NCBI GenBank assembly: GCA_034439575.1
Contig: JAWXAQ010000007.1
Coordinates: 32,001-96,000 of the forward strand
Source of the DNA: Leptospira sp.
GTDB taxonomy: Bacteria > Spirochaetota > Leptospiria > Leptospirales > Leptospiraceae
DNA: 64,000 nucleotides
Reading direction: 5' to 3'
Part shown: one piece after another, positions 1 to 10,861 of the stretch
Layout: the number at the start of each line of letters is the position of its first letter
Numbering within the stretch: position 1 is the first letter of the stretch
The notes under the pieces: generated by a model
The model's database searches: none
What the model saw: the letters and a program-made list of their open reading frames with translations, nothing else
Told to the model about the DNA's origin: nothing
Program-made: the position numbers and the translations under genes

Positions 1-3000
1 TCATCGGGATTCTATCGATTTTCTTTCTCACACTAAAAGATAAAACCCAATCAACCAAACACCTTGGATTAGCATGTTTCTTCTTGTCCCTTTTTCAATT
101 CGGTTATTTAGTCGGTGCCTTTTATTACCATCCTATTGCTGCCTATCATAGATGGTTTACAGGTGGATTTATTTTATTTGGCATCATTCACTTCGGTCAA
201 TTTTTCTTTCGTTTTCCCAACAACGAAGATAAAAAAATTGCAGATATACTATTATATATAACATATGCGATCGCATCGATCGTTGTTATATGGTTCTTAA
301 TCCAAACATCTTCTTCAGAAAAAAAATACCACTTCACTGCACACCATTGGGATTTTAACGCAGAAGGTGCGAGTAAACTTTTAGGAATATGTATAGCATT
401 GTATTCTTTTAAGACATTCATACTATTGCCAGGTTATCGGCTAATAAAAATGGAAAAGGGAAAAAGACGTGCACTAACAACCCTTACTTTAGCCGCTCTT
501 GTTGCAGCGATCGTGCCTAACATAACAAACGTTATGAGTCGCGATGGAGCGATGGAAAGATCTACTTACCTTACAGCTGTAGTTCTCTTTTTCACTTTAG
601 CCTTTTTCTTAATTACTCTGGTATTCATCAATGTTAGTACAGAACGTACTACGTTTATGGTAAAGATAGTTGGTATTTCATTTGTAACGATGCTTTTGAT
701 CATGCAAGCATTCAGTTTCCTTGTAGATAGAGAAAAAGAACTAGCATTTGATAGTTATTCGATTCAAAAATCTCTTCGTGCCCTAGAAGGGGGGGAAAAA
801 TCGCCGGACATATTGTTTATCTTAGAATATGACAATGCATCACAATCAATTAAAAAGAATCTATACCCAGAAAATATAAATATTGAATTACCTTTAGCCC
901 AAGTTGACTTATATAATACAGAACTATACATTCAAATAGCAGAGTTACCAGAAAATGGTTTTAGAAAATCACTGACTGATATTCTGAACAAAACTCCTTA
1001 TTATTTTGCAGGTTATAAAAATTTTATCATCGGATTCCTCGAAGAAAATCCAGACATAGAAAATCAAGAACTGAAAGTTGCTATCAATGTTCTATTTGAT
1101 AAACTCAATAAAAGTTCATTCATTAACCACAATAAATTATCTGATATTTCACCTAACAATTTTTGTGAAGAGGGTGCCGCTTATATCAATAAAGTGAAAA
1201 ATGTAAATCCATTTCGCGATGCTATACTTTCTCATTTTAACGAATGTAAATGGGACGATAAAGAAATCTCTCAACATGATCTACGAATTGAATTTTTGAA
1301 ATTCTTTCGCTATTTTAAACCTGATCTTACACGTCACTATAGAAAAGATTTGGATGGCCTGAAACATTATGTTGCCTATATGTCATATGATTCCAAGAAA
1401 AAGGTAATTCGTGAAGTTGGATACGATTATCGCAATTATCGCGAATATATGCATAAGTCGGCGAAACTTGAAATAATCATTCTAGGTGTTGTGCTCGTTG
1501 TCCTATTAGTTATTTTTCCTTTATTCTTCCGCGCAACTCTCGTTAATCCTTTATATAGTTTGCTTGCGGGAGTGGAAAAAGTTAACCAAGGAAATATGGA
1601 AGTTGAAGTTCCCATCCAGGTAAACGATGAGATCGGTTATTTAACTGAGTCTTTCAATGGCATGGTAACATCCATTCGCGATGCCAGAAGAGAACTTCAA
1701 GATTATGCCGAAAATTTGGAAGAAAAAGTCAAAGAAAGAACCAAAGAACTGCAAGAGAAAATGGATGAGATCCATCGCTTGAAAGTACAACAAGATGGTG
1801 ACTACTTCCTTACTTCCCTTCTTGCAAAACCTTTATTTTTTAATGCGAATAAATCATCTAACATCAAATCAGATTTTTTTGTTCATCAAAAAAAGACATT
1901 TGAATTCAGAAATAAAACTGGGGATTTAGGCGGGGACATTTGTATTACTGGAAATTTAAAATTAGGTAATCCTGAAAATTTTACGCGTTATACGATGATC
2001 ATGAACGGTGATGCCATGGGTAAATCCATGCAAGGTGCCGGTGGCTCCCTAGTTATGGGTGTCGTGATGAATTCTATTATGGCACGTTCCGCTGGTAACA
2101 AACGAATTCTCAATCGTACACCAGAAGAATGGCTAACAGACGTTTACGAAGAAGTAAACATGGTATTTAAGTCCTTTAGTGGAACTATGGTTATTTCTGC
2201 AACTATCATGTTGATAGACGATGAAACCGGAAAAATTTGGTATTTCAATGCAGAACACCCTTTTAGTATCCTTTATCGTGATGGTAAAGCCTCCTTCATT
2301 GAAGATGAACTCAAACTTAGAAAACTAGGATTGGATTCAGAATATCCATTCGAAGTGCAAACATTTCAGTTGTTACCTGGTGACAAATTGATTCTGGCAT
2401 CGGATGGTCGCGATGATATCGACCTTACACCTGATGAAGATGTTCGTACTATCAATGAAGATGAATTTTTAGTATTAAAATACGTAGAAGAAGCTAAAGG
2501 CGATATTTACGAAACAGAACGTCTTTTAAAAACTTTAGGGGAACTAACGGATGATATGTCCATGTTATGTATTTCCTTTAAAGAAGAAAAAGTAATCGGA
2601 AGTGGTGGAAAATCAAGCGCATCCAAAATTGAAAAATCTTCAGAGAGTTATTTTGAACCGCCAAAAGACAATTGGGATACTTCCTTAACGGCCGCTGGTG
2701 CTTTTGAAGAAGGTAAAGTATTTTATCAAAATGGTGAAATCGAAAGAGCTATCTCCGTAATGAAAAAAGCTTTTGATGGAGATGCATCAAATCAAAAACT
2801 AAATAAATTTTTAGGTTTAGTGAGTTATAAAGGGAAAGATTACGAAATCGCTTCACAAGTATTAGCTGAATTTTTGAAAGAGAATAGTTCCGTTTCTGAA
2901 TATTGGTATTATCTTGCTATGTCTGAAAAAAAGCTAGGGAATTATGAGAAGGCTTTAAATGCGGCACATGAAGCATTCAAACTTGATCCAGATAATCTAC

Positions 3001-3152
3001 AAAATTTAGTAAATCTTGCAGATGTTAGTAGGTTAATGGGGAATTTTGATCGATCCCTTACCTATGTGACCAGGGCTCAATCGATAGATCCAGAAAATAA
3101 AAACGTACAAAAATTAACAAAATTATTAGAGAAGTCATCTAGCCTCAATTAG
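1..3152 (+). CDS. Membrane SpoIIE/PP2C-family phosphatase with HAMP domain and C-terminal TPRs (5'-truncated by the window)
   Basis: Frame is open back to the window edge ([14 protein letters not shown]...). N-terminal TM helices, HAMP ([32 protein letters not shown]), PP2C motifs GGD, GDAMGK, SDG, DD, and TPR-like helices at the C-terminus. Confidence 0.9.
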   Translation, partial: IGILSIFFLTLKDKTQSTKHLGLACFFLSLFQFGYLVGAFYYHPIAAYHRWFTGGFILFGIIHFGQFFFRFPNNEDKKIADILLYITYAIASIVVIWFLIQTSSSEKKYHFTAHHWDFNAEGASKLLGICIALYSFKTFILLPGYRLIKMEKGKRRALTTLTLAALVAAIVPNITNVMSRDGAMERSTYLTAVVLFFTLAFFLITLVFINVSTERTTFMVKIVGISFVTMLLIMQAFSFLVDREKELAFDSYSIQKSLRALEGGEKSPDILFILEYDNASQSIKKNLYPENINIELPLAQVDLYNTELYIQIAELPENGFRKSLTDILNKTPYYFAGYKNFIIGFLEENPDIENQELKVAINVLFDKLNKSSFINHNKLSDISPNNFCEEGAAYINKVKNVNPFRDAILSHFNECKWDDKEISQHDLRIEFLKFFRYFKPDLTRHYRKDLDGLKHYVAYMSYDSKKKVIREVGYDYRNYREYMHKSAKLEIIILGVVLVVLLVIFPLFFRATLVNPLYSLLAGVEKVNQGNMEVEVPIQVNDEIGYLTESFNGMVTSIRDARRELQDYAENLEEKVKERTKELQEKMDEIHRLKVQQDGDYFLTSLLAKPLFFNANKSSNIKSDFFVHQKKTFEFRNKTGDLGGDICITGNLKLGNPENFTRYTMIMNGDAMGKSMQGAGGSLVMGVVMNSIMARSAGNKRILNRTPEEWLTDVYEEVNMVFKSFSGTMVISATIMLIDDETGKIWYFNAEHPFSILYRDGKASFIEDELKLRKLGLDSEYPFEVQTFQLLPGDKLILASDGRDDIDLTPDEDVRTINEDEFLVLKYVEEAKGDIYETERLLKTLGELTDDMSMLCISFKEEKVIGSGGKSSASKIEKSSESYFEPPKDNWDTSLTAAGAFEEGKVFYQNGEIERAISVMKKAFDGDASNQKLNKFLGLVSYKGKDYEIASQVLAEFLKENSSVSEYWYYLAMSEKKLGNYEKALNAAHEAFKLDPDNLQNLVNLADVSRLMGNFDRSLTYVTRAQSIDPENKNVQKLTKLLEKSSSLN

Positions 3153-4594
3153 TTGAGGAGTTTGCTATTCTCTTGAATAGATTTGTTTTCTAAATAAGTT
3201 AAATACTCGTCAAATACCTTGGCGAGCATTACAAATACATCCTGAAGTTTAGCCCTTGCTGTTTTGATTTTTACGTTATCACCAGCCAAGATACCGTCTC
3301 GTATTTCTATTGCAGATTCATGTAAAACTCTGTGTGGTTCTTCGAGTTTATTGTGAATGTATTCTTGGTCTTTATCCAAAACTGAACTTTGATAGTACCA
3401 TAAACCCATTTTGCAAAGTCTATGATTTAGCTGTGGCATGATTACAACATCATTTGTCTCAATGGCCTTATCAACTGCCCTTACCCAATTTATATGATCA
3501 ATGCGTCTTGCAAAAATAAATTCCAATAACCAAATTGAATTTTGGTTCGTCACCATTTTGACTGTATCTTGGATTTTTCCAAATATATCATCAAAATCCT
3601 TTTTAGTTTCCTTACTTTGATCGGAGAGTGATTGCACTTTATAAGAAATACTTGTAGAATCATTGGCTATGTTAGACGATGCCTGTCCCACTTCTTTCAA
3701 TTTATATTTCAATTCATGAAATTCTTGAATCAAATCTTGAATTTTCTTATATGTCGTATTTGATTCATTTTGGTTATCAGAAATTGCAAAATTAATTATT
3801 TCTATCTTTGAGATAATGTTGTTAATAGCTTCGATTCTTTTTTGTGCATTCTCTTGCCAGGATAAGAATCTATTTTTTATATCATTCGTGGAATCTTGAA
3901 TCGTTTTAACAGCTGTTCTAGTATTTTCCGCTAGTTTGGAAACTCCATCAGCGACAACGGCAAATCCCCTACCTTGTTCACCTGCCCTTGCCGCTTCTAT
4001 TGAAGCATTTAATGCAAGTAAGTTGGTTCTATCTGATATATCTTTTACAAGTGAGACATTGTTCGCGATTTGTTCTAAATCTTTAAATAAAAGATTAAAC
4101 TCACTTTGATTTTTTTCATTTTCTTTTTTGATAAATTGGGATTCGGATGAAACTGTAGAGACTTCCTCCGCCGTGACCCCAAGACTATCGACTAAATCTT
4201 TTGTATTTTTACCAGTTTCATCAAAGGTATTAATCGCAGAGTTAACTTGTGAAGCGATACTTTGCAAAACTGCATCTAGCTCTTCAGCACTACTTGCGAG
4301 GTTCAAAGAGATATCACTGAAATTCGTAAGTGATGAAACAAAATTATTTTGAAATTTCTGAATATTTTGCAGGCTGTGGGAACAACCGAGTATGGAAACA
4401 GATATAGAATCTGCAGATTGGACGATATGTTCTCTTAATTTTTTCTGCAATAAAAAGTATCGCTCAACTTCAATCGAAGGAAGAGTCTCGTTAAATTCAT
4501 TTCTGATCAATTGTTGGTTGAGTCGGGTGCGATTTTCTCTTAGATAAGGAGTGAGTTTATCTCTTTTGAGAAAGTGGATGAAGTTCATTAACAT
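3149..4594 (-). CDS. Soluble methyl-accepting chemotaxis protein with C-terminal CZB zinc-binding domain
   Basis: MCP hairpin [33 protein letters not shown] motifs [21 protein letters not shown]; no TM segment. Confidence 0.92.
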   Translation of the reverse strand: MLMNFIHFLKRDKLTPYLRENRTRLNQQLIRNEFNETLPSIEVERYFLLQKKLREHIVQSADSISVSILGCSHSLQNIQKFQNNFVSSLTNFSDISLNLASSAEELDAVLQSIASQVNSAINTFDETGKNTKDLVDSLGVTAEEVSTVSSESQFIKKENEKNQSEFNLLFKDLEQIANNVSLVKDISDRTNLLALNASIEAARAGEQGRGFAVVADGVSKLAENTRTAVKTIQDSTNDIKNRFLSWQENAQKRIEAINNIISKIEIINFAISDNQNESNTTYKKIQDLIQEFHELKYKLKEVGQASSNIANDSTSISYKVQSLSDQSKETKKDFDDIFGKIQDTVKMVTNQNSIWLLEFIFARRIDHINWVRAVDKAIETNDVVIMPQLNHRLCKMGLWYYQSSVLDKDQEYIHNKLEEPHRVLHESAIEIRDGILAGDNVKIKTARAKLQDVFVMLAKVFDEYLTYLENKSIQENSKLLN

Positions 4595-4676
4595 AGGAGA
4601 CTCGTGAATTTTGGAAAATATTACAAAAATTAGAAAGTTTCAAAATTCAGGACCACCAAAAGTACAAAAAACCAGC

Positions 4677-4705
4677 TTGCCATACTTTTGGCATTTTTGT
4701 ATGAT
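4677..4705 (+). promoter_or_regulatory. Sigma70-like promoter for the DUF2147 gene
   Basis: TTGCCA (4677-4682), 17 nt spacer, TATGAT (4700-4705), about 35-40 nt upstream of the ATGs at 4740/4746. Confidence 0.6.
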
Positions 4706-4745
4706 ATGGGAATCAAAAAACTCAAAAGATGAGCTAAGGATGAGT

Positions 4746-5270
4746 ATGAATTTTAAACATGCACTTTGTATCGGAATAATCGCGATTGGTTTTTCCCAAT
4801 CGATTTCTGCCCAAGAAGCGGATGCGGCCGTGGGAAAATACATCCCACCTGAAAAAGACTCGGTGATAGAAATTTTTAAATGCGGTGATAAGTACTGCGG
4901 TAAAACGATTTGTATCAAAGACAACGCTTATCCAGAAAAGGACAAAGATAAAGGGGTTCCAGGAACACCTTACTTAGACCACAACAATGAAGATCCAAAG
5001 CTTAGAACTAGACCAAACCTTGGTATGGTTTTCATCACTGGATTTGAATACGTTGGCGAAGGCGTTTATAAAAATGGAAAAATTTATAATCCACGCGATG
5101 GTAAGACATACTGTGGAAAGTTCACTACTTTAGAAGGTGGAAATAAACTGGATTTAAAAGGAACTCTATGTTCACTTTCATTTATCGGAAAGACAAACTC
5201 TTGGGTAAAATTAGCGGGTGTTAACCTGGATGAACCTAGATGGGATTGTGTAGGCAAAGCAAAAAAATAA
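4746..5270 (+). CDS. Secreted DUF2147-family protein
   Basis: Signal peptide (..SQSISA-QE); motifs IEIFKCGDKYCGK, D.NN.DP.LR.RP.LG, GKIYNPRDGKTY. Start moved to ATG 4746 (AAGGA upstream, promoter position); 4740 also possible. Confidence 0.88.
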   Translation: MNFKHALCIGIIAIGFSQSISAQEADAAVGKYIPPEKDSVIEIFKCGDKYCGKTICIKDNAYPEKDKDKGVPGTPYLDHNNEDPKLRTRPNLGMVFITGFEYVGEGVYKNGKIYNPRDGKTYCGKFTTLEGGNKLDLKGTLCSLSFIGKTNSWVKLAGVNLDEPRWDCVGKAKK

Positions 5271-5280
5271 ACTTTTCTAC

Positions 5281-5310
5281 TCTAACCTGGAAATAATCTT
5301 CCAGGTTAGA
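5281..5310. terminator. Hairpin between convergent DUF2147 and dcd genes, likely a bidirectional terminator
   Basis: Perfect 12-bp inverted repeat TCTAACCTGGAA-N6-TTCCAGGTTAGA. Confidence 0.65.
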
Positions 5311-5316
5311 TCATCT

Positions 5317-5835
5317 TCACTCAAAATCTTTATAAAGTAATGAGGGTTGGATGCCTTGGTTTGCTTGGTATTTCCCCGATTTGTATTCTTCAATAGCACC
5401 TTCCACTGTATGATAAAAAATCTGGCAGATTTGAACTCCTGAATAAACCCGCAATGGATGTATGACTTGAATCTCAAGTGTCCAAAATCCTTTAAATCCT
5501 ACATCACCAAAACCAGCAGTAATATGTACAAACATACCTAATCTACCAATTGAAGATCTACCTTCTAACATCGGTACGACGTTATGTGTTTCTGTATATT
5601 CCAATGTTCTTCCCAGATAAAGCTTTCCTGGTTCTAACACCAAACCTTCGCTAGGTATTGTGAGTTTTTCTGTAGGATTTGGTTGTTTCATATCAAGGGG
5701 GAATTTTGTATAAACTAACAAATCTTCATGCAAACATAAATTATACGAATTTGGATTTAATAACTTTTCATTGTACGGTTCGATCTTAATGTCATTGCCA
5801 AGGCGTTTTAAAATTTCTTTTCCAGTTAAAATCAC
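5317..5835 (-). CDS. dcd: dCTP deaminase
   Basis: NPNSYNL, EGRSSIGRLG, TAGFGDVGFKG.WTLEI, ICQIFY, KYQ motifs; GTG start. Confidence 0.95.
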   Translation of the reverse strand: MILTGKEILKRLGNDIKIEPYNEKLLNPNSYNLCLHEDLLVYTKFPLDMKQPNPTEKLTIPSEGLVLEPGKLYLGRTLEYTETHNVVPMLEGRSSIGRLGMFVHITAGFGDVGFKGFWTLEIQVIHPLRVYSGVQICQIFYHTVEGAIEEYKSGKYQANQGIQPSLLYKDFE

Positions 5836-5838
5836 AAA

Positions 5839-6612
5839 TTATTCTCCAAGAAAATTTGGTTTTCTTTTTTCTTTAAATGCAAGTAGTGCTTCCATTCTAT
5901 CTTTCGTGCGAATGGTGTCAAAATAACAAATTCGTTCCCAATCAAGACCACTTTCAATTTCTAAACTCATGGAACCTTTGATCGCTTTTTTTGCCGCACG
6001 GACGGCAATTGGGGCGGATTCCGCAATGTCTTTCGCAATCTTTAACACTTCCAATTCACAACTTTCCGCTGGGAAAATTTCTAAAAATAATCCTTTTTGG
6101 TATGCTTCATGACTAGAAAGTTTTTTACCTCGAAAGATCCATTCCTTAGCGGTTTGCAAACCTACTCTTTGCGCCAATCTTTGCGTTCCGCCAGCACCTG
6201 GTATAATGCCCAATTTGGTTTCTGTGAGACCAACGATCGCATTCTCCGAAGCATAGATCAAATCACAGGAAAGTGCCAGTTCAAGGCCCCCACCAAAGGC
6301 AAAGCCATTCACTAAAGCGATGCTCGGTATGGATAAATTTTCTAAATCTATTAAACAATTTCGAAACTCATTTAAAAAAGCAACGACGTCACTTTCACTC
6401 CAACCAGACCTTTCTTTCAGATCCGCCCCTGCAGAAAATGAATCCCCAGAGCCTTGGATCACCAAAACTCGTGCCTTGGATTTTCCGACAGATTTAATAC
6501 AACCAGCAAATTGAGTTAATAATTCCCTTGATATGGCATTCTTTGCCTCTGGTCGGTTGAATCTTATCAATGCGACATAATCATCAATTATTTGTAGGCT
6601 TACTAGTTCCAT
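5839..6612 (-). CDS. Enoyl-CoA hydratase/isomerase (methylglutaconyl-CoA hydratase-like)
   Basis: FNRPEAKNAIS, FSAGADLKE, GFAFGGGLELALSCD, ETKLGIIPGAGGTQRL. Start taken at MELVSL; the ORF track starts at 6654. Confidence 0.9.
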   Translation of the reverse strand: MELVSLQIIDDYVALIRFNRPEAKNAISRELLTQFAGCIKSVGKSKARVLVIQGSGDSFSAGADLKERSGWSESDVVAFLNEFRNCLIDLENLSIPSIALVNGFAFGGGLELALSCDLIYASENAIVGLTETKLGIIPGAGGTQRLAQRVGLQTAKEWIFRGKKLSSHEAYQKGLFLEIFPAESCELEVLKIAKDIAESAPIAVRAAKKAIKGSMSLEIESGLDWERICYFDTIRTKDRMEALLAFKEKRKPNFLGE

Positions 6613-6687
6613 AGATTTCCATTCCATTGAAAAAATAGAAATGAAATCGTCCAATGAATTCCGATAATTGGATAGGCTCTACCAAAA

Positions 6688-7377
6688 ATGAAGAAATCAA
6701 TTTACTATTTCCTAATTTTGTCCTTTGCCTTCACTGCCTTTTGTTCCAAGGGTAAAGAAGATGATGCACTTGCTGCCTTACTCGTGAGCGCCCCAATTTT
6801 ATCTTCTGTTTCACCTCAAATTGGAACCCCACGTCAAAACAATGAGAATGGAGTTTATGCCGCAACGGATGTCGTCATTAAAGGATCTAATTTTGGAATA
6901 GATACCGTGGTTAGGTTTAATGATGTGGTAGCGACCATTACGGCCAATTTGGGTACGGAACTTTATACATCTGTCCCAGACAATGCGATCTCAGGATACG
7001 TCACTGTATCTAAAAGCGGAGGATCTTGTGTTTCAGGTACGGCCTCAGGACTAAACTGTACAGGCTCTGAATTTTTTATCGATTGTTATACGGCCACTGG
7101 CAAACAACACGGAGACGAAATTGAAATCAAACAAGGCGAAAGTAAAAGTATAGTTTTTAGTGGAGTGCAGACAAAAGCCTTTCGCACAGATCTCATATTA
7201 GGTGCCGCAAATCTAACGATTGGTTGTGATAGTGTAGTTACTGTTCGGTTATTTAGTCCAAGTTGCCAAGCAACAGATTATATTTTACAAAAAGATCCGA
7301 CGATCACTCTAAATCCGAATTCCACATCTCAGTTTTATGTTACCGCTGGCTCAGCCACTTGCGGCTTAACTATCTAA
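6688..7377 (+). CDS. Putative lipoprotein with IPT/TIG (Ig-like) domain
   Basis: Lipobox-like FTAFC; PILSSVSP..G...V.IKGSNFG...V.FN...VP..A.SG.VTV IPT pattern; Cys-rich C-terminal part. Confidence 0.75.
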   Translation: MKKSIYYFLILSFAFTAFCSKGKEDDALAALLVSAPILSSVSPQIGTPRQNNENGVYAATDVVIKGSNFGIDTVVRFNDVVATITANLGTELYTSVPDNAISGYVTVSKSGGSCVSGTASGLNCTGSEFFIDCYTATGKQHGDEIEIKQGESKSIVFSGVQTKAFRTDLILGAANLTIGCDSVVTVRLFSPSCQATDYILQKDPTITLNPNSTSQFYVTAGSATCGLTI

Positions 7378-8885
7378 ATAGATTTATTTTTCACAAACCT
7401 TTTAAATACTATAATGTTGGCCGCACCCATCCAATGATTCATATTTTCTCTAAATAATTCATCAATTCGCTTTGATGCTTTTATTTCTGGGGAAAGTTTT
7501 TCGTATTCAAGCATTGCACGTGCAGAAGCTTCTTTGTATTTTTCTAAGACGACTTCGGCGATTCGTTTAAGTAATGCTAGGTTATTTTTTTCTTCACCAA
7601 CATTTGGTAAAATAATTTTAGTCCAATAGTCAATGACATGTTTCTTAACCACTTCCCCAGGAATGATTCGTGTTACTTTTTTGCCATCTGTAGACTGTAC
7701 ATGCAGATAACCAGTATTAACTTCCATCAGAAATTTTTTAGCGACCATATAAAAATGCGAAGGCCCAATATGAAACAAAAATACCCATTTAAGTTGATTT
7801 GGGATACCAAGGTTCATCATTATAATATTTTCAATAAAATCAAAAAAGTTATTTAAGAAGGTCAAATAATCTATTTCGTATTCTTCTGGAGATTTTAATT
7901 TTCTTTTGATACTAGACATCGATTTAATTAATTCAGATCTTAACATCTGTTCATCGGCACCTAGGTGAATGTCCATACTGATAGTTTGTTTAAAAAAAGC
8001 CTTTTCTGTTAGGTATTTATCAATTTCAAATCGAAAATAGTAATGTTGATCAGAATTCCATGTGTATTTTCCATAAGCTTGGATAAAATTCACGATACCA
8101 TTATTTGGTTTTTCTTCTTGTTTCGGTGGTGCTTTAACGATTGATTTTGCGGCCTTTTCTCTAGGTTGTATATGTTCGTTTTCATCATCCATTATAAATG
8201 GTTTTGAAGGAACTGGGCTCTCATCTTCTTGACTACTCGCGAGATTACTTTGGTATAAATTTTCAGAAAAAACTGCTGAAAGTTTATATTGTACATTTTC
8301 ACGGAACTTCGGTTTGGTGCTTCTTGATTCAAAAATAGATTTTGTATTTTCAATCCCTAATACAAATCCCATTCTCTTAACAAAAATTGCCAAATGTTCT
8401 AATCGCTCCAAAAATGGGTTGATGCGAAAATTTAACAATGCTTCTTCTTTAAAAATTGGATCTGTAAATTTCGCTTCTATAATGGATCTTTTGATATCAG
8501 ACCAACTAGCCTTGGAATCGATAGTAAAGTTTCTTAACATCTCAAATATCAAATGGAATTGGACAAAGTCGGTGCGCGGACCATCCACATAACCACCTTG
8601 GAAATAACGTGAGTATTCCTTTTTGACCATAGGATACATATGCTTTTCATCTAAATTGAAAATGATATCTTTCAGTCGTTTTTGACTGGAATTCAATTCG
8701 ATATCGATCGCCTTGCGATAAGGAAGAAGATCGCGTTTATTTTGTTCGGAGATGCTACCAGCAGTGACGAACTGGAGAAAACTAGCTATAAGGGTTTGGA
8801 GGCTTGTGAGAAAGTAGACGTATCCTTTGCGGAAGTCTTTAATAGATTCTAGTTCAACCGTGTCCTCTTGGGTTGCTTCGTGCAT
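7374..8885 (-). CDS. Hypothetical cytoplasmic protein (503 aa, two helical regions joined by a low-complexity linker)
   Basis: Long ORF with typical composition; no motif recognised. Confidence 0.7.
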   Translation of the reverse strand: MHEATQEDTVELESIKDFRKGYVYFLTSLQTLIASFLQFVTAGSISEQNKRDLLPYRKAIDIELNSSQKRLKDIIFNLDEKHMYPMVKKEYSRYFQGGYVDGPRTDFVQFHLIFEMLRNFTIDSKASWSDIKRSIIEAKFTDPIFKEEALLNFRINPFLERLEHLAIFVKRMGFVLGIENTKSIFESRSTKPKFRENVQYKLSAVFSENLYQSNLASSQEDESPVPSKPFIMDDENEHIQPREKAAKSIVKAPPKQEEKPNNGIVNFIQAYGKYTWNSDQHYYFRFEIDKYLTEKAFFKQTISMDIHLGADEQMLRSELIKSMSSIKRKLKSPEEYEIDYLTFLNNFFDFIENIIMMNLGIPNQLKWVFLFHIGPSHFYMVAKKFLMEVNTGYLHVQSTDGKKVTRIIPGEVVKKHVIDYWTKIILPNVGEEKNNLALLKRIAEVVLEKYKEASARAMLEYEKLSPEIKASKRIDELFRENMNHWMGAANIIVFKRFVKNKSI

Positions 8886-8928
8886 GCCAAAAGGACAATA
8901 AAGGATGTTTTTAAAAAATCAACACGAA

Positions 8929-9279
8929 TTAGTTTTCGTAATAAATCTCTATTAAATTTTGGCTAGGGTCTGTGAAGGTTAAACTTTCGCCGTTATCAGT
9001 TCCTTCTGGTCCCTTAACGATTTTTACGTTTTTCTCTTCTAACTCAGAGATAGCTTCCGTGAAATCGTCCACATCCATCACAAAACTGATGACAGGCATA
9101 GACTGATCTTTTGGCGCAGTTTTTACCAGGCGAATTTTGAATGAATCTAAAGATAATATGGCTTCAGAATCTTTCTTAGTTTCCACCTCGAAATCAAAAA
9201 TTTCCCGATAAAACTCTATCGATGCTTCGAGCTGGGAAACGGGAATATTGACGTGGCCTATGCCTTCTACGATGATCAT
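8929..9279 (-). CDS. VOC/glyoxalase-family protein
   Basis: GIGHVNIPVSQLEASIEFY..IFDF ... F.DPSQNLIEI. Confidence 0.9.
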   Translation of the reverse strand: MIIVEGIGHVNIPVSQLEASIEFYREIFDFEVETKKDSEAILSLDSFKIRLVKTAPKDQSMPVISFVMDVDDFTEAISELEEKNVKIVKGPEGTDNGESLTFTDPSQNLIEIYYEN

Positions 9280-9421
9280 GTTCTTTCTATACCTTGATGG
9301 ACTTTTCTGTCATCATGCTTGAAAATCCGGCTTTGTCGAGAAAAAAGCAATAGTAAATCTTCTCGGAAACAACTTAAAAATTAGGTTCCAAAGCCTTGGT
9401 ATATATTTTTTGATAAGAAAA

Positions 9422-9892
9422 ATGAAAGTTTTTTCCCTTCTTTTATCAATTTCGCTTTTTTTTCTCGGATCTTGCGGCAAAAAAATTCAACCAATTACCG
9501 ACGAAGAATTGGCCTTAATCTCAAAAATTTTTATAGAAAATCAAAAAGTGCACGAAGATCTTCTAGGTGATCCTCCTAAGATTTCTACGTTGTTACTCAA
9601 ACAGAGCATAGACGAACTTCTGAAATCCAAGAATGATAGAATTTTGGAATGGCATAAAAAACTAAGCGTTGCACTTCCTAAAGAGACAAAAGTTTTGGAT
9701 GATTCATTTGAAGGACTTTCAAAATTTGCGATAGTCCTCACTGAAATCAAAAAGGAAGTAAATCTTCCAGAAAATTACCAACAATTTTACTGCCCTATGG
9801 TTGATAAATACTGGGTTTCAAAAGATCAAACGATTAGAAATCCTTATGCGCCTGAAATGCGTGATTGTGGCGAAATTATCACAGAACAATGA
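9422..9892 (+). CDS. DUF3347-like lipoprotein (heavy-metal-binding-type C-terminus)
   Basis: Lipobox FLGSC; C-terminal FYCPM...W.S....IRNPY...M.DCG. Confidence 0.8.
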   Translation: MKVFSLLLSISLFFLGSCGKKIQPITDEELALISKIFIENQKVHEDLLGDPPKISTLLLKQSIDELLKSKNDRILEWHKKLSVALPKETKVLDDSFEGLSKFAIVLTEIKKEVNLPENYQQFYCPMVDKYWVSKDQTIRNPYAPEMRDCGEIITEQ

Positions 9893-9901
9893 TTAGAATA
9901 A

Positions 9902-10861
9902 ATGGATAAATGTTTTCTTGACATTTCTTTAAGTGAAGCATGCGCGAAAAATTGCAAATCGTCTTTGCCTTTACTTACAACAAATGAAAAAGAAAAAATG
10001 CATTGTTTAGCTACCGAAAAGTTAAATTTATTTTTAGAAGAAAAAGTAACTTTTCGTGTGGGGATCTCGGCCTTTCACCAAGCACGCCCAGCATTACTTG
10101 AAGAATTTTTTTCAAAATCACAAGAGAACCGAGAGTTAATCACTTATTTTTTATATATCAATGATCCACCATTAGTTAAGGAGATCATAGAAAATTTTAC
10201 ACCGGCTACTCTTGCTATTTTATTTCGATCAGATTTTCAATCATATAAATCAATACTTGCTTCCACAAAAGATAGACGAAACAAATCTTTATTTAAAGTA
10301 AAGAGTTATAGATATTGGACTTATATAAATTTTCAAAAAATTTGTGATACGATAGCTTATTTTGTAAGAGTGAGCAAAGAACCCGAGTTAGCTTCTCAAT
10401 TTTTAGTTATATTGCCTTCTACTATAGTTTCAAATCTAAAAGATTATACTGGCTTCACACCCGAAGAAGAAAAAATATTATATCAAGCATTAGGTGATGC
10501 AATTTATGAACTGCCAATTCAATCACCAAAAATCTATGATCATATGCTGACCTTATTTGCCGATGATATGGAAATTTTTATGATTCTTTCCACTATGGAA
10601 GAATTGATCAAAAGACAGCAACAAATCCTAGATTTAACCGAAAAACTATTGATTTATACAGAAAAGAATCGAATCGATTTAAATATTCAATATATCTTTT
10701 CGGAACTCAATGGCATAGAATTGGGCACTGCATCAGAAATTTTGAACCAATTGTTAGAACGCCAAATCATCTCATTATCGCAAAGGGCTCTAATTTTAAA
10801 TTTCCTCGAAAACGGGAACCTTGATATATTAAAACCCTTAAAGATCGATTTACTTCGATGA
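9902..10861 (+). CDS. Hypothetical all-helical protein
   Basis: 319-aa ORF, Leu/Ile/Glu rich, four Cys near the N-terminus; no family recognised. Confidence 0.65.
   Translation: MDKCFLDISLSEACAKNCKSSLPLLTTNEKEKMHCLATEKLNLFLEEKVTFRVGISAFHQARPALLEEFFSKSQENRELITYFLYINDPPLVKEIIENFTPATLAILFRSDFQSYKSILASTKDRRNKSLFKVKSYRYWTYINFQKICDTIAYFVRVSKEPELASQFLVILPSTIVSNLKDYTGFTPEEEKILYQALGDAIYELPIQSPKIYDHMLTLFADDMEIFMILSTMEELIKRQQQILDLTEKLLIYTEKNRIDLNIQYIFSELNGIELGTASEILNQLLERQIISLSQRALILNFLENGNLDILKPLKIDLLR

Noticed and set aside
5277-5477. 66-aa ORF overlapping the 3' end of dcd (possible frameshift product)
   Set aside because: dcd is complete in its own frame, and this ORF runs through the terminator hairpin.
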